This document shows, piece by piece, positions 28,044 to 38,015 of a stretch of 64,000 nucleotides of DNA. Position numbers and translations under genes: made by a program. The notes beneath the pieces are model-generated. The model saw only the letters and a program-made list of their open reading frames with translations. It did not search any database and was not told where the DNA came from. Every line of letters starts with the position of its first letter. Positions within the stretch are counted from its first letter, which is position 1. Source of the stretch: Oscillospiraceae bacterium (GTDB taxonomy: Bacteria; Bacillota; Clostridia; Oscillospirales; CAG-272); NCBI GenBank assembly GCA_015064205.1, contig SVSR01000003.1, positions 33,194 to 97,193 of the forward strand, given 5' to 3'.

Positions 28044-30074
28044 ATGATATACAAATATAGATTAAAGTTTGTTCTGATTTCGCTTTTGCTTATAATATTA
28101 TTCAGTCTGTGCTCTTGCTCGGTAGGATCCATGCTTGGATTTAACGGTAATTCGGCATTAAAAATCATATCAGACGGCAAAAGCGAATACCGCATAGTAT
28201 GCACGTATGACGCCGATTCCGATATAATAGATTCAGCTCTATCGATTATAAATACGGCAAGAGCCAAAAGCGGCGCGGAAATAGAACTTGTTATCGACAG
28301 TAACGCGCCGTATGATAAGTCTGACAAAGAGATCATCATCGGCAATACAAACCGCGGTCTTCCCGAAGGACTTGAAGCAACAAGCCCTATGGAATATATT
28401 ATTTATGCAAGTGATGATGATATTTATATTGTCGGAGGCTCTGAGTCTGCAACTATAATGGCACTCGAGTATTTCGAAGAAAATATTATTTCCGAAGAAA
28501 CTATTATAGAAAAAGATTATAAATACAGCTACTGTGCACCTTATACTGCTTGGAATATCAATTCTACACCCGTTAAAAACTTTAAGCTAAACGATTTTGA
28601 CGGTGTTGATACAACTGCAGTATCACAGGCTCTTATATCAAAAACCGGGCTTGATACGTCAGATAATAACGATTATACTAACATATATTTTGAGCTTGAT
28701 TATTCGCTTGAGACTAATACCGTACGTTTCGCAGAATACGATAATTCTATCCTTATAAGTGCTTCTTCCGAAATTGCCCTTACCAAAATAGATGACGTTA
28801 TACTTGATGGCTTTGGAAAATATGCTTCTATAAACTTAGACCACGGTTCATATGTAGATTTCACCTACCCTATCGTAAGCTTGAATGAAATATCTGATTA
28901 CAGCGAATGTTATTTTGAATGTCAGACAAATAAATCTCCCCTTGAATACGCTGTCGGCGAAGAAATGATATTTACTATTTCGCTGAAATACGACGGCGAG
29001 ACCATAAGCGCTCCGAATTTCTCGTATAAAATTGAATTTGACGGATCCAAAGAAAGTATAACTGAAAACGTATCGGGCGAAAAAGGTACTTTTGTAATAA
29101 AAACTTCTCTCGATACACCTGGATTTGTAAAAATATACGCCAACGTAACAAGCGATCTTGGCATTGAATACAGAGATATATCACCTTTTGAGGGAGGGGC
29201 GGCCGCTAACATCCGCAGTATTACCCAAGCCGTCAAAGAGCCTGAGGATTTTGATGAATTCTGGCAGGCAGAGCTTGATAAGCTTTATGAAACAGAGCCT
29301 GTTATGAGTGTTAAAAACGACCTGTCCGAAGATTATCCGGGATATACCGTTCTTGATATACGTATTGACTGCCCGGGCGGCCCTGTTTCTGCATATTTGT
29401 CAATACCAAACAATGCAAAAGAAGGCACGCTCCCAATACTCGTAGGCTATACCGGATACGGTGTTGTATCGCCGCAGCCTGCAGTAAGAAGCGATCGTAT
29501 AGTGCTCAGCGTTAACGCACACAGTCTTGATAACGGAAGAGAAAGCAGCTACTATAAGGAGGTAGCATCAACAGTTCTCTATTCATACGGCTTTAACACC
29601 TATGAAAACTCAGACCGCGACACGGTATATTTCAAGAACATGATTCTTCGTGACCTTCAGGCTATAAGATATCTTAAAACGCTCAAAGAGTGGGACGGTA
29701 AACAGGTGATACTTAACGGCGGCAGCCAGGGCGCGTATCAAGCGCTTGCAGTTGCAGGTCTTGATCCTGATGTAACCTACGTATATGCCGCATATCCTTG
29801 GTTGTGTGATATCGGTAATTTTGCCGCGAGCCGAATAGGAGGCTGGCATCCCGATTATACAGATGCTCTGACGTACTATGACGCTATAAACTTTGCGAAG
29901 CGCATAAGATGCCGGACAAGAATCGTTGCCGGTCTTGGCGATTACGTATCTCCGCCCTCGTCTGTTGCGGCATTGGTAAACTCAATGAGCGCTCCCGTGT
30001 CACTTGAATTTATCCAGGGTATGACCCACACGTATACTCCCCCATATGAACAAATGTATAAGATAGAAAAATAG
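28044..30074 (+). CDS. lipoprotein with a C-terminal acetylxylan esterase / cephalosporin-C deacetylase (AXE1, CE7) domain
   Basis: Signal peptide with LCSC. The C-terminal ~280 aa carry DFDEFW, GYTGYG, GGSQGA (GxSxG), GLGDYVSPPSSV and GMTH, as in CE7 enzymes. The N-terminal ~390 aa are unassigned. Confidence 0.7.
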   Translation: MIYKYRLKFVLISLLLIILFSLCSCSVGSMLGFNGNSALKIISDGKSEYRIVCTYDADSDIIDSALSIINTARAKSGAEIELVIDSNAPYDKSDKEIIIGNTNRGLPEGLEATSPMEYIIYASDDDIYIVGGSESATIMALEYFEENIISEETIIEKDYKYSYCAPYTAWNINSTPVKNFKLNDFDGVDTTAVSQALISKTGLDTSDNNDYTNIYFELDYSLETNTVRFAEYDNSILISASSEIALTKIDDVILDGFGKYASINLDHGSYVDFTYPIVSLNEISDYSECYFECQTNKSPLEYAVGEEMIFTISLKYDGETISAPNFSYKIEFDGSKESITENVSGEKGTFVIKTSLDTPGFVKIYANVTSDLGIEYRDISPFEGGAAANIRSITQAVKEPEDFDEFWQAELDKLYETEPVMSVKNDLSEDYPGYTVLDIRIDCPGGPVSAYLSIPNNAKEGTLPILVGYTGYGVVSPQPAVRSDRIVLSVNAHSLDNGRESSYYKEVASTVLYSYGFNTYENSDRDTVYFKNMILRDLQAIRYLKTLKEWDGKQVILNGGSQGAYQALAVAGLDPDVTYVYAAYPWLCDIGNFAASRIGGWHPDYTDALTYYDAINFAKRIRCRTRIVAGLGDYVSPPSSVAALVNSMSAPVSLEFIQGMTHTYTPPYEQMYKIEK

Positions 30075-30110
30075 AGCAGATCCGCGGCATAAGCCGCGGA
30101 TCTGCTTTTT
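30075..30110 (+). terminator. Rho-independent terminator
   Basis: GCAGATCCGCGGC-ATAA-GCCGCGGATCTGC plus TTTTT. Confidence 0.85.
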
Positions 30111-30238
30111 ATCAGAATAATACTTACCTTTGCAATTTATTGCAAATTTTTTGCTTTGTTTTTTGTTTAATTTGCCTATGTCATTTTTTTGTATTTTATG
30201 GTATAATTTATGTAGCAAACAAGGATACGGTATGGCAT

Positions 30239-30751
30239 ATGTTCAATTTAAAGCAAAAAGTTCTTTACGGCTCCCAGGGAGTTTGTGAAATACAGGAAAT
30301 AACAAAGAAAAATTTTGGCGGTGATGAGCGCGATTATTATGTGCTCGTTCCTGTATACCGCAATTTTTCCACCGTTTACGTGCCCGTTGATTCTCCCGTA
30401 ATTTGCGAAAAAATGCGGCTGATACCCGATAAAGATCATATGATGGAGCTTCTTAAAGCTACCGACTGTGATTTTGACTCGTGGGAAGAGAACAAATACG
30501 CAAGGCACGATAAGTTTATTAAAATACTTGAAAAAGGAACTGACTCTGATATATTTGCTTTAGCCCGTATGCTTCATAAAAAAAATGAAGAGCTCATGAC
30601 GGTAGGTAAACGCCTTTATATTAACGATGAAAAAGTTCTTTTGGATGCTCAAAGGCTTATTGAAGAAGAATTTGCATGTGTGTTCGATATACCTATTGAA
30701 AGCGCAAGAGAATTTATAAATAAAAATGAATATAAAGTATATAAAAAATAA
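30239..30751 (+). CDS. CarD/CdnL family transcriptional regulator
   Basis: KVLYGSQGVCEIQEI...YYVL N-terminal Tudor-like motif. Start moved to the ATG at 30239, because the upstream part of the ORF is Cys/Phe-rich junk. Confidence 0.7.
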   Translation: MFNLKQKVLYGSQGVCEIQEITKKNFGGDERDYYVLVPVYRNFSTVYVPVDSPVICEKMRLIPDKDHMMELLKATDCDFDSWEENKYARHDKFIKILEKGTDSDIFALARMLHKKNEELMTVGKRLYINDEKVLLDAQRLIEEEFACVFDIPIESAREFINKNEYKVYKK

Positions 30752-30780
30752 AACAGGTCTTTCGACCTGTTTTATTTTTT
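30752..30780. terminator. bidirectional terminator
   Basis: AACAGGTC-TTTC-GACCTGTT flanked by A and T runs. Confidence 0.75.
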
Positions 30781-30781
30781 A

Positions 30782-31597
30782 TCATCTGCTTGAAACAGCT
30801 TTTCTGGCACTTACAGCGTCTTCAAGCAGATCGCTGTTCTTCATACGGAGATTGTCGGCTATCATAGCAATAAATTCACTGTTTGTGGGCTTGCCGCGCT
30901 GACGGCTTATAGTATATCCGAAGTATGACGTGAGTGTATCAACGTCTCCTCTGTCCCATGCAACTTCAATAGCATGGCGGATAGCTCTCTCAACTCTTGA
31001 AGGTGTTGTTCCGTGAATACGCGCAACTGTGGGATATAATGACTTTGTAACGTAGTTTATCATATCAGGATCATTGATCGTACGTGTTATCGCAGTTCTT
31101 AAAAACTGATAGCCTTTTATATGCGCCGGAATACCAAGTCCGTGCATAACAGACGTAACGCTTCTCTCAATAATTGCGTCGCGCCCAAAGAGCCTTGCAT
31201 TTGCTGCCTTAAAACGCTGATGCTCAAGCTGACTTGTAATTATTCTTTTTACGAAATTATAATCGATCGGTTTCTTCAAAGTATATACCGATCTGCCGCC
31301 CATATCGTATACTGAATCGTCGAGGACCATCTCTGAGGTAAGTATCACCTCGCTCGAATACGCACGTCTTGTATCTTCCTCTGCGTTTTCAGAAAAACTA
31401 ATAATACTGTCGTAATCCATAAGCTCTCTGTCTGATATGATTATATTATAAAAGTTTCTTTCAAGTGTGCGCTTAAGCGATTCACAACTTGATGCAGTTT
31501 CTATATTAACATAGCCCTCGTCTGCAAGCTTTGTGGATAATTCATTTAAAAATTCTGTGTTTCTGTCTGCAATAAGTATTCTCTCTGTGATTGTCAT
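30782..31597 (-). CDS. spo0A: Spo0A-type response regulator
   Basis: The C-terminal domain is highly Spo0A_C-like (GIPAHIKGYQFLRTAI...PSRVERAIRHAIEVAWDRG...FGYT...KPTNSEFIAMIA). The N-terminal receiver is diverged. Confidence 0.85.
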   Translation of the reverse strand: MTITERILIADRNTEFLNELSTKLADEGYVNIETASSCESLKRTLERNFYNIIISDRELMDYDSIISFSENAEEDTRRAYSSEVILTSEMVLDDSVYDMGGRSVYTLKKPIDYNFVKRIITSQLEHQRFKAANARLFGRDAIIERSVTSVMHGLGIPAHIKGYQFLRTAITRTINDPDMINYVTKSLYPTVARIHGTTPSRVERAIRHAIEVAWDRGDVDTLTSYFGYTISRQRGKPTNSEFIAMIADNLRMKNSDLLEDAVSARKAVSSR

Positions 31598-31747
31598 AAT
31601 AAACCCACCTTTTTAATTTTCGTTAATTTGTCAGTTTGCTCCGACTTACGATATAATTTTACCATAAATTGGAAATTATTTCAATTGTCAAAATTACCAA
31701 TTTTTGTCAATTATTTTAGTGTAGTCTTATAATTCATCACAGAATTG

Positions 31748-31754
31748 TGTCGAA
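31748..31754 (+). promoter_or_regulatory. 0A-box TGTCGAA upstream of spo0A
   Basis: Exact match to the Spo0A-box heptamer, about 150 nt upstream of the spo0A start. Confidence 0.3.
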
Positions 31755-31788
31755 AAAAGGAACAGGCGCCTTTGAAAGGCGCCTGTTT
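31752..31788 (-). terminator. terminator of the pur operon
   Basis: AACAGGCGCCT...AGGCGCCTGTT hairpin followed by a T run on the minus strand. Confidence 0.8.
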
Positions 31789-31790
31789 TG

Positions 31791-34700
31791 TTATATTTTG
31801 TAATAATCCGATGCCGACTTAAAGAGCTTGATATCATAGTCTCCGTCAACGTTTTTGTATGTACCCATACTTATACGTTCGCTGTGTCCCATCTTACCGA
31901 TTACTCTGCCGTCAGGTGATGTGATACCCTCAATAGCATAGTCGCTCGAGTTGGGGTTATATGATATATCAAACGTGGGATTACCGTTTATATCTGCATA
32001 CTGAGTTGCGATCTGTCCGTTTGCCGCAAGCTTTTCTATAAGCTCTGCGGGTGCTATGAATCTTCCCTCTCCGTGAGAGATCGGTACGTTGTATATCTCA
32101 CCAGGCTTTGTGTTCATAAGCCACGGTGATTTGTTTGAAAGCACACGTGTACGAACGATTCTCGACTGGTGACGTCCGATTACATTATAAGTAAGTGTCG
32201 GGTCGTTTTCACCGATGTCGCATATTTCACCGTACGGAACAAGTCCCAGCTTGATAAGTGCCTGGAAGCCGTTACAGATACCGCACATAAGTCCGTCACG
32301 GTTTTTAAGCAGGTTGTTTACTGAATCTGCAAGCTTAGGATTGCGGAAGAAAGCAGTTATAAACTTGCCCGAGCCGTCAGGCTCGTCACCGCCCGAAAAT
32401 CCTCCGGGGATAAAGATTATCTGAGATTTTTCGATTCTCTTGAGTGCTTCTTCAACAGACTCTGCTATGTCAGCACCCGTTATATTTCTTATAACGAATA
32501 TATCCGCTTCAAGTCCTGCACGCTCTGCCGCTCTTGCACTATCGTATTCGCAGTTTGTACCCGGGAATACGGGAATGAGTACACGGGGCTTTGCCACGCC
32601 TACCTTTGCATGTGTAAGCGCTTTTGCATCTCTGTGAGTTTCGGGTAAGATCAATTTCTTTTCTTCTACCTTTATATTGCAGGAGAAAACGCTCTCAAGC
32701 TTGTTTTCGTAAATTTCAAGAAGCTCGTGCGAGCATACCTTTTCCTCTCCAAGTACAAACGGGCACTTCTTTGTTGTCTTACCGAGGTATATCTCTCCGT
32801 CAACAGGAGTATCGTCGCACATTTCAAGCACGAACGCGCCGTAATTGTATCCAAAGAGTGTTTCAAGTTTGGTCTCTTCATTAAACTCAAATCCAAGGCC
32901 GTTACCGAAGCTCATCTTCATAACTGCTTCTGCAACACCACCGTAAGTGGGTGTGTAAGCAGCGCTTACTCTGCCTGCGCGCATAAGAGCGTTCACCTTA
33001 TCGTAAAGGGCAAGTTCAGACTCGCATACGGGAAGTCCATCCTTATCGTATTCGGGAACAAGAAGGATAACTCTGCTGTCTGCCTTCTTGAATTCGGGCG
33101 AGATCACGTCTGCAAGCTTACCTGTTGTTACAGCAAAAGAAACGAGTGTTGGTGGAATGTCGATATTTTCAAAAGTACCGCTCATTGAGTCCTTACCGCC
33201 TATCGAAGCAGACGAGTAATCAAGCTGTGCGGCAAAAGCACCGAGGAGCGCCGCCATGGGCTTCCCCCAACGCTTAGGATCGCGCATCGGCTTTTCAAAA
33301 TATTCCTGGAAAGTAAGGAACACTTCATTTTTGTCCGCACCCGTAGCGATAAGCTTGGATATTGATTCAACAACAGCAAGATATGCGCCGTGGTAGGGGC
33401 TCTTTTCTGTAATATAGGGGTTATATCCCCACGACATGAACGAAACTGTGTCTGTTTCTCCGCGCTCAAGCGGAATCTTATGTACCATTGCCTGAATAGG
33501 TGTATGCTGTAGCGAACCGCCAAACGGCATAAGCACGCTTCCTGCACCGATAGTTGAGTCAAAGCGCTCTGAAAGTCCGCGCTTTGAACATACGTTCAAG
33601 TCTTCGGCAAGTGCGCGCATACCCTTTTCAAAGCTTTCGGGTATTTCCTTTTCAAATGCACTCGGGGTGTCAAGTGTTATATCAATATGCTTTTCAGCAC
33701 CGTTAGAATTGAGAAATTCTCTTGAAATATCAACGATCTTCTTGCCATTGTGCTTCATAACGAGTCTCGGCTCTGCCGTTACTCTTGCAACGGGAGTAGC
33801 TTCAAGGTTTTCGCTCTTTGCTATCTCTATAAAGCGTTCTGCGTCCTTCGCTTCAACAACAATCGCCATTCTCTCCTGGCTTTCTGATATTGCAAGCTCT
33901 GTGCCGTCAAGACCGTCATATTTTTTAGGAACTGCGTTAAGGTCGATCTCCAAACCGTCTGCAAGCTCGCCGACTGCTACAGACACACCGCCTGCGCCAA
34001 AGTCATTACAACGCTTGATAAGTCTTGCCGCCTCAGGGTTTCTGAAAAGTCTCTGTAATTTTCTTTCTTCGGGAGCATTACCCTTCTGAACCTCTGCACC
34101 GCAGGTCTCAAGAGAAGCCTTTGTATGCGACTTTGACGAGCCTGTTGCACCGCCGCAACCGTCACGGCCCGTTCTGCCGCCGAGAAGTATTACTATATCA
34201 CCGTCGCCGGGTACTTCACGGCGAACGTTCTTAGCCGGAGCCGCACCGAGTACAGCACCAATTTCCATACGCTTTGCCGCGTAGCCGTCGTGATATAATT
34301 CATCAACCATACCCGTAGCAAGACCGATCTGGTTTCCGTATGACGAATATCCTGCCGCCGCAGTTGTAACTATCTTACGCTGAGGAAGCTTGCCGGGGAT
34401 AGTTTCAGCAACAGGGCGTGTCGGGTCAGCCGCACCCGTTACTCTCATTGCCGCATATACGTATGAACGTCCCGAGAGGGGATCGCGTATAGCACCACCG
34501 ATACAGGTTGCAGCACCTCCGAAGGGCTCGATCTCTGTTGGGTGGTTATGTGTTTCATTTTTAAAGAGAAGCAGATAATCAACGTCTTCTCCGTCGATAT
34601 TTGCCTTTATCTTAACTGTACAAGCGTTTATCTCGTCAGACTCATCAAGAGCATCGAGCTTGCCCTCACTCTTTAGGTAGCGTGCACCGAGTGTTGCTAT

Positions 34701-35498
34701 ATCCATAAGATTAACGGGCTTTGTTTTGCCAAGCTTTTTGCGTGTTTCCACATATCTGTTGTACGCAGCTTCAAGTTTTTCATCCTCAAATTTAACGTTG
34801 TCAACAGTAGTTAAAAACGTTGTGTGACGACAGTGGTCCGACCAATACGTATCTATCATACGTATTTCTGTTATAGTGGGGTTGCGCTTTTCTTTTCTGA
34901 AATAGTCGCGGCAGAATCTGAGGTCGTCCGCGTCCATCGCAAGTCCCATATCGCTTGCCATTTTTGCAAGATCAGTATCTTCAAGGTCTATAAATCCCTC
35001 AATAGTTTTAACGTCCTCGGGGATCTCCGTTTCCATTTTAAGTGTTTCGGGAAGCTCAAAGGAAGCAAAACGGCTTTCAACGGGGTTGATTACGTATTTC
35101 TGTATTTCTTCGAGTTCCTTTTCGCTTATGTCACCATACAGTGCATATACTTTTGCCGTACGTACAAGCGGCTTTTCGCCCATAGATATGATCTGTATAC
35201 ACTGTGCCGCGGAATCAGCTCTCATATCAAACTGACCCGGAAGACTCTCAACGGCAAATACCGCACATGCGCCCTCGAAGTCGGCACTGTCGTATATATC
35301 GTCTATCTGAGGCTCTGAAAATACCTTTGCTTTTGCCGCTTCAAAAAGGGCTGCATCGATATTTTCTACGTCGTATCTGTTAACAACTCGAAGATCATCG
35401 AGGCCTTCGATTCTGAGCACCGTGTTTATGTCGGATTTAAGAGAGCGTGCTTCATTTGCAAACTCGCGTTTCTTTTCGACAAATATTCTGTATACCAT
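31791..35498 (-). CDS. purL: phosphoribosylformylglycinamidine synthase (single-chain)
   Basis: 1235 aa, with AIR-synthase-like repeats and a C-terminal GATase (GICNGFQ, HGEGR). Confidence 0.95.
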   Translation of the reverse strand: MVYRIFVEKKREFANEARSLKSDINTVLRIEGLDDLRVVNRYDVENIDAALFEAAKAKVFSEPQIDDIYDSADFEGACAVFAVESLPGQFDMRADSAAQCIQIISMGEKPLVRTAKVYALYGDISEKELEEIQKYVINPVESRFASFELPETLKMETEIPEDVKTIEGFIDLEDTDLAKMASDMGLAMDADDLRFCRDYFRKEKRNPTITEIRMIDTYWSDHCRHTTFLTTVDNVKFEDEKLEAAYNRYVETRKKLGKTKPVNLMDIATLGARYLKSEGKLDALDESDEINACTVKIKANIDGEDVDYLLLFKNETHNHPTEIEPFGGAATCIGGAIRDPLSGRSYVYAAMRVTGAADPTRPVAETIPGKLPQRKIVTTAAAGYSSYGNQIGLATGMVDELYHDGYAAKRMEIGAVLGAAPAKNVRREVPGDGDIVILLGGRTGRDGCGGATGSSKSHTKASLETCGAEVQKGNAPEERKLQRLFRNPEAARLIKRCNDFGAGGVSVAVGELADGLEIDLNAVPKKYDGLDGTELAISESQERMAIVVEAKDAERFIEIAKSENLEATPVARVTAEPRLVMKHNGKKIVDISREFLNSNGAEKHIDITLDTPSAFEKEIPESFEKGMRALAEDLNVCSKRGLSERFDSTIGAGSVLMPFGGSLQHTPIQAMVHKIPLERGETDTVSFMSWGYNPYITEKSPYHGAYLAVVESISKLIATGADKNEVFLTFQEYFEKPMRDPKRWGKPMAALLGAFAAQLDYSSASIGGKDSMSGTFENIDIPPTLVSFAVTTGKLADVISPEFKKADSRVILLVPEYDKDGLPVCESELALYDKVNALMRAGRVSAAYTPTYGGVAEAVMKMSFGNGLGFEFNEETKLETLFGYNYGAFVLEMCDDTPVDGEIYLGKTTKKCPFVLGEEKVCSHELLEIYENKLESVFSCNIKVEEKKLILPETHRDAKALTHAKVGVAKPRVLIPVFPGTNCEYDSARAAERAGLEADIFVIRNITGADIAESVEEALKRIEKSQIIFIPGGFSGGDEPDGSGKFITAFFRNPKLADSVNNLLKNRDGLMCGICNGFQALIKLGLVPYGEICDIGENDPTLTYNVIGRHQSRIVRTRVLSNKSPWLMNTKPGEIYNVPISHGEGRFIAPAELIEKLAANGQIATQYADINGNPTFDISYNPNSSDYAIEGITSPDGRVIGKMGHSERISMGTYKNVDGDYDIKLFKSASDYYKI

Positions 35499-35519
35499 AA
35501 TTTATTCCTTTCCAAAAGC

Positions 35520-36779
35520 TCAGGCTTTAAGAGCTCTCGCGCCTATATCGTGACGGAAATACTTATTTTCAAAGCTTATTTTTTCAGCTTCTCTGTATGA
35601 AGCATCAACTGCATCTTTAAGAGTGTCACCAATACAGGATACAGCAAGCACTCTTCCGCCAGCGGTATAAAGCTTTTCACCCTCACGCTTTGCTCCTGCA
35701 ATATAAACAGAAGCATTTGTATCACATTCACCGCTTATTTCAAAGCCGGTGTCATATTTACCCGGATATCCGTTTGATGCAAGCACGAGTGTACAGGAAT
35801 GCTTATCTGCAAACTTAACTTCTGTTTCAGATAACTTTCCTGCGCTTACCGCACGCATTACGGTAAATAAGTCAGACTCTAAAAGCGGAAGCACCGCCTG
35901 AGTTTCGGGATCTCCGAAACGACAGTTGTACTCTATTACCTTTGGGCCGTTTGCAGTAAGCATAAGTCCGAAATAAAGGCATCCCTTGAAGGTTCTTCCC
36001 TCAGCCTTCATAGCGTTTACAGTCGGCATGAATATTTTATCCATACACTCTGCTGCAATATCTGCAGTGTAATAAGGGTTGGGAGCTATCGCTCCCATAC
36101 CGCCCGTATTGAGTCCTGTATCGTTGTCGCCTGCTCTCTTGTGGTCCATGGACGACACCATGGGAACAAGAGTGTTTCCGTCAGTAAAAGCAAGAACCGA
36201 CACTTCAGGACCCTCCAAAAATTCTTCGATTACCACGCGGCTGCCGCTTTCGCCGAAAAGCTTATCGGCCATCATAGAGCGCACCGCTTCTATCGCTTCA
36301 TCGCGAGTTTGTGCTATTATAACGCCCTTGCCAAGTGCAAGTCCGTCTGCCTTTACAACAACGGGAGCAGGGATTGTGTTAAGATATGCGATCGCAGAAT
36401 CCATATCGTCAAAAGTTTCGTATGCGGCTGTGGGAATAGAGTATTTTTTCATAAGGTTTTTGGAGAAAACCTTACTTCCCTCAATGATCGCCGCCGCCTT
36501 TGTGGGGCCGAAGCATTCGATTCCAACAGCATTTAGTGCATCAACCGCGCCGAGTACAAGCGGATCGTCGGGAGCAACTACTGCATAGTCAATGCCCGTA
36601 TTTTTTGCAAATTCAACAATGCCGTCTATATCCTTTGCACCGATATTCACACATTCAGCATCGCGGGATATACCGCCGTTACCCGGCAGTGCGTAAAGCT
36701 TTTCTATCTCAGGCGACTTTTTCAGCGCCTTTATAATTGCATGCTCGCGGCCTCCGCCGCCAACTACCATTACTTTCAT
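35520..36779 (-). CDS. purD: phosphoribosylamine--glycine ligase
   Basis: 419 aa. MKVMVVGGGGREHA N-terminus, ATP-grasp fold. Confidence 0.95.
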   Translation of the reverse strand: MKVMVVGGGGREHAIIKALKKSPEIEKLYALPGNGGISRDAECVNIGAKDIDGIVEFAKNTGIDYAVVAPDDPLVLGAVDALNAVGIECFGPTKAAAIIEGSKVFSKNLMKKYSIPTAAYETFDDMDSAIAYLNTIPAPVVVKADGLALGKGVIIAQTRDEAIEAVRSMMADKLFGESGSRVVIEEFLEGPEVSVLAFTDGNTLVPMVSSMDHKRAGDNDTGLNTGGMGAIAPNPYYTADIAAECMDKIFMPTVNAMKAEGRTFKGCLYFGLMLTANGPKVIEYNCRFGDPETQAVLPLLESDLFTVMRAVSAGKLSETEVKFADKHSCTLVLASNGYPGKYDTGFEISGECDTNASVYIAGAKREGEKLYTAGGRVLAVSCIGDTLKDAVDASYREAEKISFENKYFRHDIGARALKA

Positions 36780-36819
36780 GTTTCTTCTCCGGATTCTTTG
36801 TTATTAAAGCTCACCGATA

Positions 36820-38004
36820 TCAGTGGTGGAAGAGTCTCATGCCGGTAAACGCCATAGCAATACCATACTTGTTGCAGCAATCAATAACTATGTCGTCGCG
36901 GATAGAGCCACCGGGCTCTGCTATATATGAAACGCCACTTCTGCGTGCGCGCTCAATGTTATCATCAAACGGGAAGAACGCGTCTGAACCTACGGACACA
37001 CCTGTAATTGTTGCAAGGTATTCTTTCTGCTCTGCTCTCGTGAAGGGTTCGGGACGTACTGTAAAGTACTTCTGCCAATTACCCTCGTCAAGAACGTCTC
37101 CGCAGTCCTCGGATATATACACGTCGATAACGTTATCGCGGTCAGGTCTGCCAAGCTCAGGCTTGAAAGGAAGTCCGAGCACCTTGTCGTGCTGTCTGAG
37201 ATGCCATATATCAGCCTTTGTACCTGCAAGTCTTGTGCAGTAAATTCTCGACTGCTGACCTGCACCAACGCCGATAGCCTGTCCGCCAACAGCATAACAT
37301 ACAGAGTTTGACTGAGTATACTTAAGTGTGATAAGCGCGATTATAAGGTCGATTTTTGCTTCTTCGGGAATTTCCTTGTTTTCGGTAACAATGTTAGTAA
37401 GAAGCTCACGGTCAATCTTGAAGTTGTTTCTTCCCTGCTCGAACGTGATACCGAACACCTGCTTGATTTCCTTTTCCTCGGGAATATAGTCAGGGTCGAT
37501 CTTTACTATGTTATAATTTCCTTTTCTCTTGGATTTGAGTATTTCAAGCGCTTCATCGGTATATCCGGGAGCGATAACTCCGTCTGAAACCTCACGCTTG
37601 ATTATTGTTGCTGTTGTTACATCGCAAACGTCGGAGAGTGCTATCCAGTCACCAAATGACGACTGACGGTCCGTACCTCTTGCGCGAGCGTATGCGCAGG
37701 CAAGGGGAGAATCGTCAAGACCTTCGATATCGTCAACAAAGCAAGCCTTTTTAAGCTTTTCGTCAAGCTTTTTACCTACTGCCGCAGACGTGGGGCTTAC
37801 ATGCTTGAATGACGTTGCGCAGGGCATACCTGTTGCCGCCTTTAATTCCTTAACGAGCTGCCAGGAGTTGAAAGCATCTAGGAAGTTTATGTATCCGGGG
37901 CGGCCCGAAAGTATTTCTATCGGGAGCTCTGCACCGTTTGACATATAGATTTTAGAAGGCTTCTGATTGGGGTTACAACCGTATTTAAGTTCAAATTCTC
38001 TCAT
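36820..38004 (-). CDS. purH: AICAR formyltransferase (PurH transformylase domain only)
   Basis: 394 aa, starting LKYGCNPNQ. No MGS-like IMP cyclohydrolase domain. Confidence 0.85.
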   Translation of the reverse strand: MREFELKYGCNPNQKPSKIYMSNGAELPIEILSGRPGYINFLDAFNSWQLVKELKAATGMPCATSFKHVSPTSAAVGKKLDEKLKKACFVDDIEGLDDSPLACAYARARGTDRQSSFGDWIALSDVCDVTTATIIKREVSDGVIAPGYTDEALEILKSKRKGNYNIVKIDPDYIPEEKEIKQVFGITFEQGRNNFKIDRELLTNIVTENKEIPEEAKIDLIIALITLKYTQSNSVCYAVGGQAIGVGAGQQSRIYCTRLAGTKADIWHLRQHDKVLGLPFKPELGRPDRDNVIDVYISEDCGDVLDEGNWQKYFTVRPEPFTRAEQKEYLATITGVSVGSDAFFPFDDNIERARRSGVSYIAEPGGSIRDDIVIDCCNKYGIAMAFTGMRLFHH

Positions 38005-38015
38005 TGCTTTGCTCC

